Shown piece after piece: positions 40,330 through 53,301 of a DNA stretch of 64,000 nucleotides. The notes below the pieces were generated by a model, which was not told the origin of the DNA, searched no databases, and worked only from the letters and a program-made list of their open reading frames with translations. The stretch spans positions 2,073,111-2,137,110 of the forward strand of contig MU058824.1 in NCBI GenBank assembly GCA_013265495.1. Reading direction: 5' to 3'. How positions within the stretch are numbered: the stretch's first letter is position 1; every line of letters starts with the position of its first letter. Position numbers and translations under genes: made by a program. The stretch is from Vicugna vicugna. Lineage: Eukaryota.

Positions 40330-40900
40330 CTGGCTGCCCTGGAAGGGCGGGAAATTGCAGCGGATTACCCGCGATGAGGCCCCCAAGCCCTTAACCGCAA
40401 ACTTGCGGCGGCCTCCGGCCCCGCCCCCCGCGCGCGCCCCCTTCCTGCGCGAGTGCTAGCTCTTGGCGCCACCCGCCGGCGCGCTCCTGCGCAGGCGCCA
40501 GGCATGGAGACCGGAAGCGGAAGGCTTGAACGCGTTGGGTGGGCACCTGTGTGACCAGTAACCATGCGCAGCTTGGAAGAGGCCGGGCCTCGCCCCGCAG
40601 CGACCCCGTGCGGGTGCGTGAAGCCGGCTCTGGAGACAGGTAACTTCTAAGAGGCAGGAGGGTCTGCGCTCAGAAGAGCCCTAAGTGCAGGCAGCCGACT
40701 TCATTGCATAGAGGGACGGGAAATGCGAGACCCTGAACTGACGTGGGTCGTTTTCCTACTTGTTGCGAAGGCACAGGTCATGTGCTCAGGTAACCACGTG
40801 ATGTGTCTGAGGCGGGCGGAATGATGTCATCTCTCCCGTTCTTGGTGACTCAGATCGACCGATCTTGGTAGAACAGCCACGTGCACTGTAACGGCCTTTC
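40330..40900 (+). promoter_or_regulatory. TRMO: TRMO CpG-island promoter
   Basis: High GC and CpG density; GC box ggccccgcccc 40417; NRF1-like TGCGCAGGCGC 40488; tandem ETS CCGGAAGCGGAAG 40511. Confidence 0.85.
40564..40639 (+). CDS. TRMO: TRMO exon 1 (MRSLEEAGPRPAATPCGCVKPALET)
   Basis: accATG; resembles recalled human MRGLEESGPRPTATPCGCVKPALETG; donor CAG|GTAACT. Confidence 0.93.
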
Positions 40901-43900
40901 TCTGAGGGAGTCCTCACTCATAAAGGAGAGACGGAATATATACAGCAGGTGTTATGCCGATTAGGAATTAATACCACGAGGGAAGCATCCTGTGCTGTAG
41001 GAAGTGAGGGGAGGCGGAGGGAGTTCAGGGGGAGGACACAGTTTTAAACTGGGCCTGGACAGATGGACATGAGTTTTTTTCTCTATTTTCGCCCCTATTT
41101 GTAGAGCAGAGTATATTAACTTTAGAAATTAGAGGAAGCAAATGGGAAGATTAAAATGGTCGGCCATCACGCAGAGAAAACCACTGTTAATATCTTACTG
41201 CCTACATTCCATACGTGTTTTAGTGCATACACACTAGAAATATGAGTTAATATGCGACTTCACTGCCTTATAACCTTAAAAAACCCTTAAGGTTCATAAA
41301 AATCTTTTCACAGCAGTTAATGTTAATTTTAAGTGATTGTGCACTGTATTGTTTTATAGATGTGCTCTAACTTATTTAACCAGTTCCCTATTTTGAGGCT
41401 TAGGTTATTGCTGGTTTTCACTGTTATAAATGAAAGTTCTTGAAACTAAAATCTTTGTGTATGTTTTAAAAATTTCCCGAAAGTATTGTTACCTGGGCAA
41501 AATTTGTGCCTGTTAAAGAGTATGAGATTCTGACTATAAGTACCAAGTATTCGATGGAAAAGGGAGGCGTCGGAACTGTTGATTGGATAGAGAGCCTTGG
41601 ATAGCAGGCTAAGAAATAGGACATCTGTTAATAGTGGGGAACATAGAAAGTTTAGAGAGGAGCATGACATAGGAGCTCAGAATCTGGAGGATTGGTGTAG
41701 TGTGTTTTGAGGAAGAGAGGGACTGGCTAAGGGGAGTCGAATTATAACAAGAGTAATTTAATAGTCCGGGCAAGAGGTTAAAAGGACCTGAATTTTTCTG
41801 TCTGCACAAGACTTGTTGATAAGCCTTGTGTACAAAAACCTCTGCATTAATAATTCGTTGGTTTTTTTAAAAAATTACACAGTTAATACGGTTGTAATAT
41901 TGTTAAAATGAGGGAAAAGCCTGAGCAAGGGCTTTAAAAACCTCTTCTTGTTGAGCACTTTCTGTTGTACTACGTGTCTTACATATTTTAGTAATTTTGT
42001 AACTTTCCAAGATAGGTATTTTTATCCTTATTTTATAACAGAGAAAACAGATCCAGAGAGGTAAGCAGTTTTGCCCAAGGTCACACAACTAGTGTAGTGG
42101 CCCTGTGTCGTTTTGTCCTTTTTTCATACTGGCCATAGTCCTCGGGGAACCTCTTCTGCCTCTCCATATAGTTCTCATGCCGGTACTACTCTGGCATACC
42201 TGGGCTTATCCCTATCCTGAATGTAAGGTAATTCGATTTAATTGTTGATTTACTTGTCTACTCTGTCAATATACTGGACACCTTGAGGGTGAAAACTGGT
42301 CCTTGTTTATGCCTATACCCAGGCACCTAGCACAGTGCTTACCAAATGGCAGGTGCTTAATGTTTTTGTTTGTTGGTTTGTTTTCTGAGATATGAGGCGA
42401 GAGGAAGAAGATCAGGATCCTCTTGGGTGTGCCTTCTCAGGTCTCCACTTCAAGTAGAGCGTTCAAGCAGAATTTATATTTGGAAATTATTGAGCATTTA
42501 TATTTCTTAGCAGTTATTCCAACAATGGGGCACAGAGAATATATAAATAAGTTTCAGAGGGTTCAGATGTATTAGAATATGATAAGTTCCCACCAGGTTA
42601 TTAGATGGATATTTGATATGTAGGGAATAGTCCCAAACATTTTGAGAGTGACATAGTTGAGGGACTCCTTACAACATGGCTCATGAGTATGCTTTCAGTT
42701 CATTGCTTACCTGGTGTTACCTTGCTTATGCTCTAGTAAAGATGCACAAAGAGGTTGGAATCGATCTAATTGGTTACTACTTACATTTATCATAGCATCT
42801 GTGTAACCTGCGAAAAACAGGTAAAGACTAATTCAATGAAGTGGTAGCTCAAGTTAGTTACACACTTGTAGGCCCCCAGTCAAGGGCAGGAGTCTTTGAT
42901 CATTACTTCAGATATGACATTTCCCATGATATTGCAGCTAATGTAAGATTCTCTCAACCAACTGTTGACTCCACTGTGATAAGATTCTTGTTTTGTATCT
43001 TTTCCCCAAACTTAGCAGTGTCTGGCAATTGGAGACAGTTATAAAGTGTTTGTTAAACAAATGAAATAAGACACAGGGATCCCAACTGATTTTTAGCCAT
43101 TTTCCTTCATGACATTTTTTATGAACAGCAGAAAATTGTTTACTGTATTGATTCCACAGGGCACAGCTGAAAATTAAAAAAAAAGAATGCCTGTAAACAT
43201 AATTGACAAAAAATTTAAAGTCCTCAAAAATGTACACGGTACTGATGGATCTTAGAATCTTAATATTGAGAGAAAGAAAGCAAATCTGAAAAGATAACAT
43301 ACATTTGATACCAGTTTTTATAGAACTCAAAGGCAAGATAAATGAAACATTGTTTTTGCATGCATATGCATGTGATAAAATCATTTAAAAAAAAGAAGTG
43401 AATGCTAAAGACTACATTCATTCAAGAAGTGAATGAGCTAGGCCGCACTTGTCTATCTCAAGGGTCAAGGTAGGGAGAGAGGTAACATAAAAAGATGCAA
43501 ATTGTTGATAAAGCACTAATTCTTGGGCTGGGTGGTGGTACACAGTTCATTTTAATATGCTTTATTATATATGTGTTACATGTAATATTTTATATGTCTC
43601 ACATAATATAGTTTTTACAAGTGAAAAGTAATGAAGAGTGCTGTGATGGACTTCTCCAGGGCTATATTCTTACTGCCTGTGCTGGTAGGACAGACTTAAT
43701 GGAAGCTGGAAATAAAATGAGAGCCTTCATGAAATGTGAAAAAAAAGTAATCTATAAATTCAAAGTGGTGGTTGTGGATATCTTGGACTTTAAAACCTAT
43801 ACTGATGCTGCCTGGGTACTTTTTTCTTCTTTTGAAAGGCGTTACTGCTTTAAAAACATTTTAAGAAGTGACTTGTAATTATTGCCAAAATTTCAAATGT

Positions 43901-44865
43901 TGTAGAAATTACAAAGTTAAGTATAAAAATAATCCAAGAATCTCTCAGCCGATGTTAACCACTATTAACATTTTTGGTGAATATCCTTCCAGACAGCTTT
44001 CTAGACATATATTTATATATACTTAGATAGGTAAATATATACAATTTTCATAAATAGGATTATGTTATATATATTCTTCTTTCACTTTCCATTTTAATCA
44101 GCTAAGATTTACATAATCCTTTTTCTCATGCAACATGAATTTTTAAAGTACTTACTCCTCTTGTAGGCATGTACTGACGATGAGAATATAGCAGTAGATA
44201 AGATAGTAAAACTCCTGCCCATGTGGAGCTTACATACTAGTGGGGCAGAGGGCTGCTGGAGCAAGACTAATCTGAAATCTAACCTGCCTCTAGATATTTT
44301 AGTACTGTGATCCATGCACTCCCTTTATTGCTTAATTCAACTAGTTTGTTTCATGTGTTCAGTTGTTTTCAATTGAAAGCATCTTTACTTACATACAACC
44401 CCCATCCCCTTATCTTTCATTATTCTTTGCCTTGTATTTCACACTCTAGCCAATTAAAATAGCTTGTTCCCTGCTTATGCTATAACATTTCTCATTTAAC
44501 TTTGTGCATGTTATTCCCTCTATATGAAATACCCTCTTAGCGCTGACCAACGTCACATAACATAGCAGTGATAGCGTAGAATTTGAGTTATGGTCATAGT
44601 GGGTCTTCTAAAGATGCCTTCTTCTTTCCATTCTTTCTTAGACCTATGCTCTTTGCAGCTTATTATCTAATGGGATATAACAATGCGTATGTAATGATGA
44701 GCATATTTATATGTATTTATAAATACTATAAGAATCATGTTTTATAATTGCATAACACCTAGTAGATTTTAAAACTATGAAATCAGTGCATTAAAGAAAA
44801 CATGTTTTCCTACATCTTTGCTTGACCTTTTGACTAATGATTTCTTAACTAATTTTCTTTTGTAG

Positions 44866-45040
44866 GGAATCTTTTAACTGAACCAATTGGTTACTTGGAA
44901 TCCTGTTTCTCAGCCAAGAATGGTACTCCAAGGCAGCCATCCATTTGTAGCCATTCACGGGCTTGTTTGAGGATTAGAAAAAGCATCTTTAATAATCCTG
45001 AACATTCCTTGATGGGTTTAGAACAGTTTTCTCATGTTTG
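44866..45040 (+). CDS. TRMO: TRMO exon 2 (GNLLTEPIGYLESCFSAKNGTPRQP...GLEQFSHVW)
   Basis: TsaA/TrmO motifs PIG, K.GTPRQP and GLEQFSHVW; tgtag| acceptor and |GTAAGT donor; 175 nt. Confidence 0.96.
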
Positions 45041-45342
45041 GTAAGTTGTTTTCTAGTTAGAAATGATATTTGGCCCAGAACTTGTGCCTGAGTAAAGTAC
45101 TCCAGTTGGAGGCAATGTTGGAGACTGCTATCTAGACCACCATTGCCTGTTGCATGGGATTCCTGGACTGTGTTGTGCATGTGATTGTCTGCGTAACTTG
45201 GACGCCCTCGGGGAAGCTTGGGATCCACTGCGAGGGCACATTCTATTCACACTTGGTTCTGATTGTGATGAATGCCTTCTGTTGAGCTGAAATCTGTAGA
45301 CTTCTCAATACTGTCCATGGGTCCTCATTCTGTCTTCTAGAC

Positions 45343-45567
45343 CAGGGGTCAGCAAGCTGTGGCCCATGGACCAAACCCTTCCCACCTTCTGCTTTCGTAA
45401 ATAAGTTTACAGGAACACAGCCACGTGTGTGCATTCCTTGATGTGTTATCTGTGGCTGCTTTTGTGCTGCAGCAGCAGAGGTGACTAGTTACAGCAGAGA
45501 CTGGTTGACCTTCAAACCCTAAAATACTTACTGTCTGGCCCTTTACAGGAAAAGTTTGTGGACCCTG
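45343..45567. mobile_element. MER58A-like hAT-Charlie MITE
   Basis: caggggtcagcaa...ctggccctttacag...gaccctg termini; 8-bp TSD (t/c)tctagac. Confidence 0.85.
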
Positions 45568-46875
45568 CTCTAGACTCATGAAGCATTAAGTCTCCTCTTC
45601 CTAAATGACAGAAGAGACCTTAGAAATCTAGATACGTAGTGTTGCCTATATTAGAGTCTGCATGGTAGTCGTGTTGGTTGCTGTCACTTGGAATTCTGTC
45701 TCTATCCATTTTCATCACCCCAACATCAGCGGTCTGAATTGGTCTGATTGTACTAACGAAGATCTAAAAGTAACTGTTTACTCTGAAATAGTTTATTTTT
45801 CATGTTAATTTGGGGATATGGGTAGAGTAGAAAGAACATGGGTATTCTGACCTAGCGTATATGATCTTGGTTGAATTACTTACGTTAAAAACACTGCTGT
45901 TATAAAAAATGGACTCTGGGACTCTGAAGTATATAAAGAGATTTTTCCTTATTCCTCCTGTTTTTCTCCTTTCTTGTCCCCACCCGCCCTAACACTCTTC
46001 AGAGATTATCACTGTTAACAGCTTGGTGGGTATCCTGCCAGACCTTTTCTTTTTTTCTTTTCCTTTTTCAATACACATAGAAACCTAAATATATACATAT
46101 AAAGTGGGTGTTTGTTTTAATAAATGGAGTATGTTTTGTCCTCTTAGTATATATCATGACGGTACTTACAGATTTACCTTGTTTGCTTTGATAGCTGCCT
46201 GTTATTACAAAATATGGAGGTACCATGATTACCTATTCATTTTCTTTGCTTGGTTTCCCATATCAAGTTCTCTTTTACGTTGTGATTTGTAGGAACCATT
46301 CATCTACCACAGATGTTAACCCACTGTCTGTTGTACATGTAGCAAACCTATTCTCCTGGGATGACATTTTATAGCACACAATTTTAATGATTTAATGAAT
46401 TCAAATCTGTTACTGTTTTTCTTCATGAATTCTTTTTGTACCTTGTGTAGGGAGGCCTAGCGAAATCATTTAACACTTCTGAGGCTCAATGTCCTCATTC
46501 TTAAAATGGAAGATAAATCATACTCCTTAGGGTTGTTAAGAGGATTAAATGAGATGAGTATAAAAATGTCTAGCACACTGCCTGGCACATTGCAGGCACT
46601 TACTTAGTAAATACTGTTTATTCAGATACTTGACAAATGTCTCAAGTTCCTACCGTGTACCAGTCATTGTGTTGGGGCAGTGGGTATAGAGTTAAGACTC
46701 TGTCTTCCATCAAGAAACAGGAATGGTATTATTCTTTTTTTCCTCTACTGATTACGTTTTATTCCCATTAAAAGCATTCTTTCTGTGGCTATTAAAGTTT
46801 TTTTCCCCCTCAAGTCATTATGATAGATTAACTTGTGTTCTTTTCTAACTCAGTGGTTTGGTTTATTTTCAATAG

Positions 46876-47033
46876 GATTTTGTTTGTTTTTCACAAAAAT
46901 GGTCATTTGAGCTGTAAGGCAAAAGTGCAGCCTCCCAGGCTGAATGGTGGGAAGACTGGCGTTTTCTCCACCAGGAGCCCACATCGTCCCAATGCAATAG
47001 GACTGACGCTGGCCAAACTGGAAAAGGTAGAAG
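46876..47033 (+). CDS. TRMO: TRMO exon 3 (ILFVFHKNG...PPRLNGGKTGVFSTRSPHRPNAIGLT..KVE)
   Basis: Signature GVFSTRSPHRPN.IG of the TsaA/TrmO family; aatag| acceptor and AAG|GTAATT donor. Confidence 0.97.
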
Positions 47034-48775
47034 GTAATTTCTACTTTGACCTTTTTTTTCCTTCACCAAAAGAAGCCTTATAAAATCAACATAGTACTCA
47101 GCACTGGTTGTTATTCAGACAAGTGCCACTGGTGTTAGCCCCTGAGAACCACCAGACGTTGAAGAAAACGAAATGATTAAAAAAGTGTTAACATTGGAAC
47201 ACTTTGAAATAAGCTTTCATAGGATGCTCAGAGTTTTAAGTCATTGCATTTATCAGAAGTTTGTAAATTATCTAAAAATGTCTCTTAAGATTTCGTAATC
47301 ATTAAATTAGTAACCAAGTTTTCTCTGACTGGGAATGTAATAAATACAAAATGATCCAAAAATAATCAGACACTTTCAAAATTTAACACACAGTACCTGT
47401 TGCACGTGTTTATATGATCAGCATCGGGCAGTGCTGTGTTTTCTTCCTCGCAGCCCTGAGGACATGGCCATGCATCGTGGCTGCAGTGCCGCCGTGCACT
47501 GTGACATGCGCCAGAGGGTCTGGGATGAATACGCCATAGACTGAACATCTGTCAGACTGTGGAAGAACCTGTGTAGAATACCAGATTAATTTTAACTACA
47601 TGTTCACACATAAACTAGCTAATGAGCCATATTTTTTAGAAAGCATCTCTTTCTTGAACTCCTCTGACCTAATCAGCACATTTGTTAGAGAGGCAGAAGA
47701 TGAAATGGCAGGTAGATAGGAATCAGGACACCATTCCAGGCTTCAGCTTGCTTGTTTGTAAAGTGGGCAAAGAAGAAGGATCTGCCTTCTCTGGCACTCC
47801 ATGGGATTTTTCTGAGGATCTTATGAGACAAAAGCTGTAAGGTGGCTTTTCAGGCTACCAGGTGCTAAAAAAGATGAGAGCGGTTACTTTGCTTGTTCTT
47901 TCCCAGATCTTGAACTCCCCTGCTGGGCGTTGGGTAGGTTTTCCAGAAAAATTTTTGTAGCCAGTCCAACTTGAGTTTTATCAATTTGTGATGGCTAACC
48001 AATCTAGGTAACAGGACTGGAACGTTTTGTGATCATTTGTGCAACCCATACATGCTTTCTGAGTGCTGAATATGTGCCAAGCAGTGTTCTAGGTGCTGAG
48101 GATATAGTGGCAAGCAAATTGGATAAAAATCCCTGCCCTACAGATGAGCTTAGCATTGCTGGGGGGGAAATCAAATCAGAAAGGTGAAAGGTAAGCACAC
48201 TAGCCCTGTGGACACTTATAAATAAGCATTACGGTAATAACCAGTGCTTGTGTGGTGCTTTCTGGTTTACAAAGAGTGTTCATGTACAGTATCTCATAGT
48301 GGCTCCTGGGTTTGACAGGTAGCAGTCTCCGTGTTTTGGGTAAAGTCACTGAGGCTCTTAGATGTTTGATAATTTGCCCGGTAGCATTCAGCCAAGGGTT
48401 TATCTTGACTCCAAATCCCGTGAACTCTCCCCTGTGCGCCATTGCCTTTCTTTCTCCTGCAGGCGTTGTTGAGCATAATCTGTCATTTAGAAAGTCCAAA
48501 ATCTTCTTCCTGAAGTTCCAGGTTCATTCATAGTAGGCATGTTTTAGAGATCAGAGTCCTTTGTTAGTCATGTTTTTCTTAAATGGAGATAGGGTCAAAT
48601 GTGATCACATGTGGTTTTTTGATTTCTCATTTGGCCAGTTTCCCAAGGGTCAAGTTAGGAGACTCTATACCAGTAGAAGGAACTGACTGTAGCTCTGTAA
48701 GTGGGACAACAGGGGCCCTGTCCTTAGTATTTAGTAATGGTGACTTACATTCTGCTTAGTTATTTGTCTTGATGG

Positions 48776-49328
48776 AGTATTAGATTCTTCTTGCTGTGTA
48801 ACAAATTACCATGCACTTGGTTTAAACAACACACATTTATTTTGTGTTTAAAACATTATTATGTTTCTGTGAGTCAAGAGTATGGGCACAGCTTAGCTGG
48901 GTCCTCCACTTGGGTATCACTGAGCTGCAGTTAAGGTGTCAGCTGGGATGACTTCTGTTCTGGAGGTTTGGCTGTGGGAGAATGTACTTCCAAGCTCACT
49001 CTGGTGGTTGGCAGGATTCACTTTCTTACAGTTGTGGTTCGGAGGCTCTTAGCCTCTTGCTAGTTGTTGGGTAGTGGCTGTCCCCAGCTCCTGGAAGCCA
49101 CCCCCAGCTCCTAGAGGCTGCTTGCAGTGCCTTGCCTCGTGCGCTTTCCCAGCATGGCTTCTTGCTTTGTCAGATGCCCAAGGAGAATCTCTCAAGTGAG
49201 TCTGCCAGCAAACACAGTCTTAGATAACACAACGTGGTCAATGGAGTGGTATCAAGTCATGCTTAAGAAGAGGGGATTAAATGCCAGGAGGTGAGCCTCG
49301 TGGGGTCACCTCAGATCTGTTTGCCACA
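48776..49328 (-). mobile_element. MaLR LTR (MLT1D-like)
   Basis: tgctgtgtaacaaattacca...aaacaacacacatttat...gggcacagcttagctgggtcctc...tgccaca. Confidence 0.8.
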
Positions 49329-49802
49329 GTGGAAACCTTCGTCAGTCTCACGGAGATATGTTGAGGCCCTGATGTGCCTGGAACAGAGTTAGAAGCCCCA
49401 GGGATGCAAAGGCACATTGGCCTCACCTCTGTTCAAGGTCCTACTTACTGTCTAGGAAGAGAGTCTCTAAGCAGGTCACTGCCAGACCACGTGACAAGGC
49501 TCCAGAAGAGGTTTGGGCACAGGTTCCTTCATGGAAGCCAGAGGAAAGAATACTTATGTCTGGAAGAGTCAGAAAGGCTTTGTAAAAAAGATGTCACATG
49601 AGAGCCTTGAAGAGTAAGTTGGAGTTTGACAGGTAAAGAAGAGGACAGGTTTCTAGGTAGAGAGAAAAGTGTATTCCTGCACCAGGTATAAGAGAGCCTG
49701 GTGTGTAAGAGAATTGTGAGTAAGCTTGGTGAGGCTTAAGCAGATAGTGTTGATTCTCCAGTTGTTTACACTGTTCTTCATTGTTAATATTTCACGTTAC
49801 AG

Positions 49803-50456
49803 GTGGAGCCTTGTACCTTTCTGGAATTGACATGATCCATGGCACACCTGTGCTAGACATAAAGCCCTATATTGCTGATTATGACTCGCCACAAAATTTG
49901 ACTGAGCCCTTGGGGGACTTTAATTTACAGAATAACCAACATAAACCAAAAACCGTGTCCCAGTCTGATGGCAAGACTGACAGCTGTTACCAGCAACAGC
50001 TCTCAAGATATGATGAACCGCAACCCTACAGTTGTACCAAGGGGAAACCCAAATGTCCCGAAGACAGAACTTCAGGAGAAAACGACATGAAACATGATGG
50101 CACGGCAAAAGTCCAGCGAAGCCCTGCTTCGCACAGGGAGAGAGCAGCAGATTTGGGTGTTGAATCAGAAAGTGGTCAGAGTCCGAGCATGGCAGAAGAG
50201 CAAAGTGGCTCACATCACCTGGAGAAGAGCTTTTCGGAAGAACAAGCAGACAGGAGGCTAAGGAGAGGGGAAAAAGCAATGGTCCCACAAGGCAACAGTG
50301 CGGAGATGCCACCGGAGGCTCTTGCCTGCCCTTCCAGGGTGGCCGGTGCAGCCCACCACAGTGTGGTTCCCGCCTGGGTGAGAGACGCCCCCGTGGCCTC
50401 CTTGGAAGTCCGGTTTACCCCGCACGCGGAGATGGACCTTGGGCGCCTCAGCTCAG
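49803..50456 (+). CDS. TRMO: TRMO exon 4 (GALYLSGIDMIHGTPVLDIKPY...VPAWV...EVRFTPHAEMDLGRLSS)
   Basis: D..GTPVLDIKPY family motif; ttacag| acceptor; donor TCAG|GTGAAG, with an alternative donor after 50465. Confidence 0.93.
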
Positions 50457-52869
50457 GTGAAGCAGGTGTTTTCTGTTTCTTATTGTTGAAGGAGAGATGA
50501 GCTTTTACTGGGAGATTTAGCGAAACTTTGTATTTCTGAGGGCAGTTATAGGAAGTCTGTCATCATGACTCGTAAAGAAATGGAGTATAAAGTCACACTG
50601 GAGTGACACCATCATCCGACGGCTTTCAGTCAACAACTGTTCAGTACAGTGAGTCCCAGGCACGTAGTCAAGTGTTTGCTGAGAACGGCTGCTTCCTGGG
50701 AATTGGGCCTTTTTATGTACCTGTTGCAGTAGTTCTTGGAGTTTTCAAACAGCATTCAGAGGCTAAATTGTGTTTGTTCTGTACTTACGTAGGTTGAGTT
50801 TTTTCCATCTGTTTCGCTATCTGACTAGCGAAATGTCCCATCTTACTCTGTCGGGTGGCTGTTAGTTCAGCATCTGGCACAGAGCCCAGGAGTAAGAAGG
50901 AGAGAATGTCTTAGCATAGAAGTTGTCCCCCAGAAGTCCCAGTACTAGAGGTACGCATTTCACTGCAGAAGTGAGGCCACAGGGCTTTTACTTGGAGCCT
51001 GTTTACTATAACAGATGGTTCTTAACAACATTGTTATCTGGTTTCTCCAGCCCACGACAGATTGCAAACAGCCATCTAGAATGAAGGAAGGGCCTGTGAA
51101 GAAGTGGGTGCAGTGATTCCAGTAAGAAGTAGCCAGTTAGCTGCCAAGGAGATGTCCAGTTTTACCTGCCGCTGGATGCTTGTGCTTCTCTTTCTTTCCT
51201 GAGGCTTGATGTTTAGACAGAACATTTGATTTTTAAATTGATCTCTTTATTTTAAAAGTTTGGTTTTTGAAAGTTGTTTCATCATCGTGTACAGTTCACA
51301 GGAGGGGGAAGATCAGCTGTTTTTTTTTTTTGAAGATCAGTTTTAAAAAAAGCATTTTGTGGTAGACCAAAGCAGCACTGCCTAGAAGATTTTACCCCTT
51401 TTCTTGTGGTTATCGTGGAATGCTTCCTCCTTTGGGAAGTTTTATGTTTGTCAAACTGCAGTTCATTGAAAGGCTATAATATGCCTTACTGATAAAAAAT
51501 GGTTAAAAAGAGAAATTAGACATGTAACTGTAAAATGGGGACTAATTTATAACAGCAGAATTTTGAGCCAGTACAGAAAAAAGAAATGACCTCAGGAAGT
51601 TCAGAGTCTAGAAAAGATAAAAAGATGTTGAAATGGCAGGGGGTTGGGCATTGGCGCTTGAGTGTTGTGGGCACACAAGGGAGAGAGGGTTCTAACTTGG
51701 GGAGTGGAAAATCTGGGGAGGCTTCTTATTTCTTGGGGAAGCAATCTGGGAAGGCTTCTTGGAGGAAAAGGGATATATTTGGGCTGAGCCTGGAAGGATA
51801 AGTGGGTAGGGAAGTGAGGAAAGGGCACCTACGCCAAATGATCAGCCAAGCAAAGGCCTGGAGCTTCTGCCAGACACACTGTTACTGAGGAGTGTGGTGT
51901 TTTTAAAACTTCTTTTCTGAGTGGCTTTAGAGTCAGTTTATGAACCATGCACTAAAGGAATCTTAGCATTGCATAATGGGTCCTTGGTTTTTGACCAAAA
52001 ATTGTATTTTATGGCTTACTTACCTCCTTATTTATTGCACATAGCCCAGAGTGATTTTTGGCTGCTTTCTAAAAGTTGAATTTACTTTCAGAAAGATAAA
52101 GACCCACCACCACTCCAGATGGTATTTTGAACAGGAACAACATTGTTTAAATCACATGCTTTCCTGGAAAAGGCTGGCTTCGTTTGGTTATGTAGTCACA
52201 GTTAATCTTTTAAGTTTTGTATGTACTTTATCTTTAAAAATTAAAATACATCCACAGTGATAAAAACATCGGAAGTTTTCCCACTTGACGGGGTAGACAT
52301 CTGTTTACTGAAATACGCACCTAGATAGAATGGGGTGGCCTGTTCCCTAGTGATGGCATAGAACTTTCTCGGTGTATCAGCTTCACTGTCCTTGTTCCTT
52401 ATGGAATGTGGCATTACTTTTAATTGTGAGTATGTGGCAGTGCTCTCTGAGGCTCTCCCCTGCATGTAGCCAGTGCTGTGCGTAAGTGTGGCTTCCTGAG
52501 AATGCTGGGAATGTCATGCCTTTCCCTGACCATGGCTGCACTCTGAAGAGAAAATGATGAAGAATTGAATTAAAGTCTACGTTGAGCATAGGAAAGTAAC
52601 ATTTATGTTGCCAGAAAGTGAAAGCTCGGCTCTCCTAGTTAGGGAACTAAAGAAGAGTTATCACCATGATTTTTTTGTTCAGCAGAATTTGGGCAGGGGT
52701 GCATAAATTCAATCTAATGACAGTACCTCTTGAAGGTGACATTCTCCATAACGACTGAGTAGATTTTCAAGTGATATTCAAGGACCAGCCTACCTCCACG
52801 TGGAAGTTCACTGTACTGAAATTTGCCCTGCATGATTTTGAGCATTAAGTTGTGTTCTTCTCATTGCAG

Positions 52870-53129
52870 GCATTGGTCAGGCTTCGTTTAAATACTTTCG
52901 GTCGGCAGAGGAAGCGAGGCGGGCCATCGAGGCTGTGCTGTCTGCTGACCCTCGGTCTGTGTATCGCCGGAAGCTCTGCCAGGATCGCCTTTTCTACTTT
53001 ACTGTAGACATAGCGCACATCACGTGCTGGTTTGGTGATGGCTTTGCAGAGGTCCTGAGGATCAAGGCGGCTTCTGAGGCCGTTCAGATGAATGACCCTG
53101 AGGAGTCCTTGGTGTCTCTAGGATCGTGA
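52870..53129 (+). CDS. TRMO: TRMO exon 5 (IGQASFKYF...LSADPRSVYRRKLCQDRLFYF...SLVSLGS*)
   Basis: ttgcag| acceptor; conserved L..DPR motif; TGA ends at 53129; total CDS 1323 nt = 440 aa. Confidence 0.96.
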
Positions 53130-53295
53130 GTAGCCTCCATCACGTCTTTAAAACAGCCTAATTGACTTCGGGTGTGGCTGTTGGATTTTCTGTACAGGCA
53201 ACACATGTGCCTTTTTTGCAGAAAGAAGCAACACTTTGGGATCTCACTGCTTTGATTGGGCAGTTCAGAATATTTATTTGAAAGACATATGTTTT

Positions 53296-53301
53296 AATAA
53301 A
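53296..53301 (+). terminator. Probable TRMO polyadenylation signal AATAAA
   Basis: Canonical hexamer about 170 nt after the stop codon. Confidence 0.6.

Noticed and set aside
44840..44865. TTCTTAAC resembling a U12 branch site in TRMO intron 1
   Set aside because: The donor is GTAACT, not GTATCCT, so the intron is U2 type
49920..50312. 130-aa antisense ORF over TRMO exon 4
   Set aside because: Shadow ORF with no independent support
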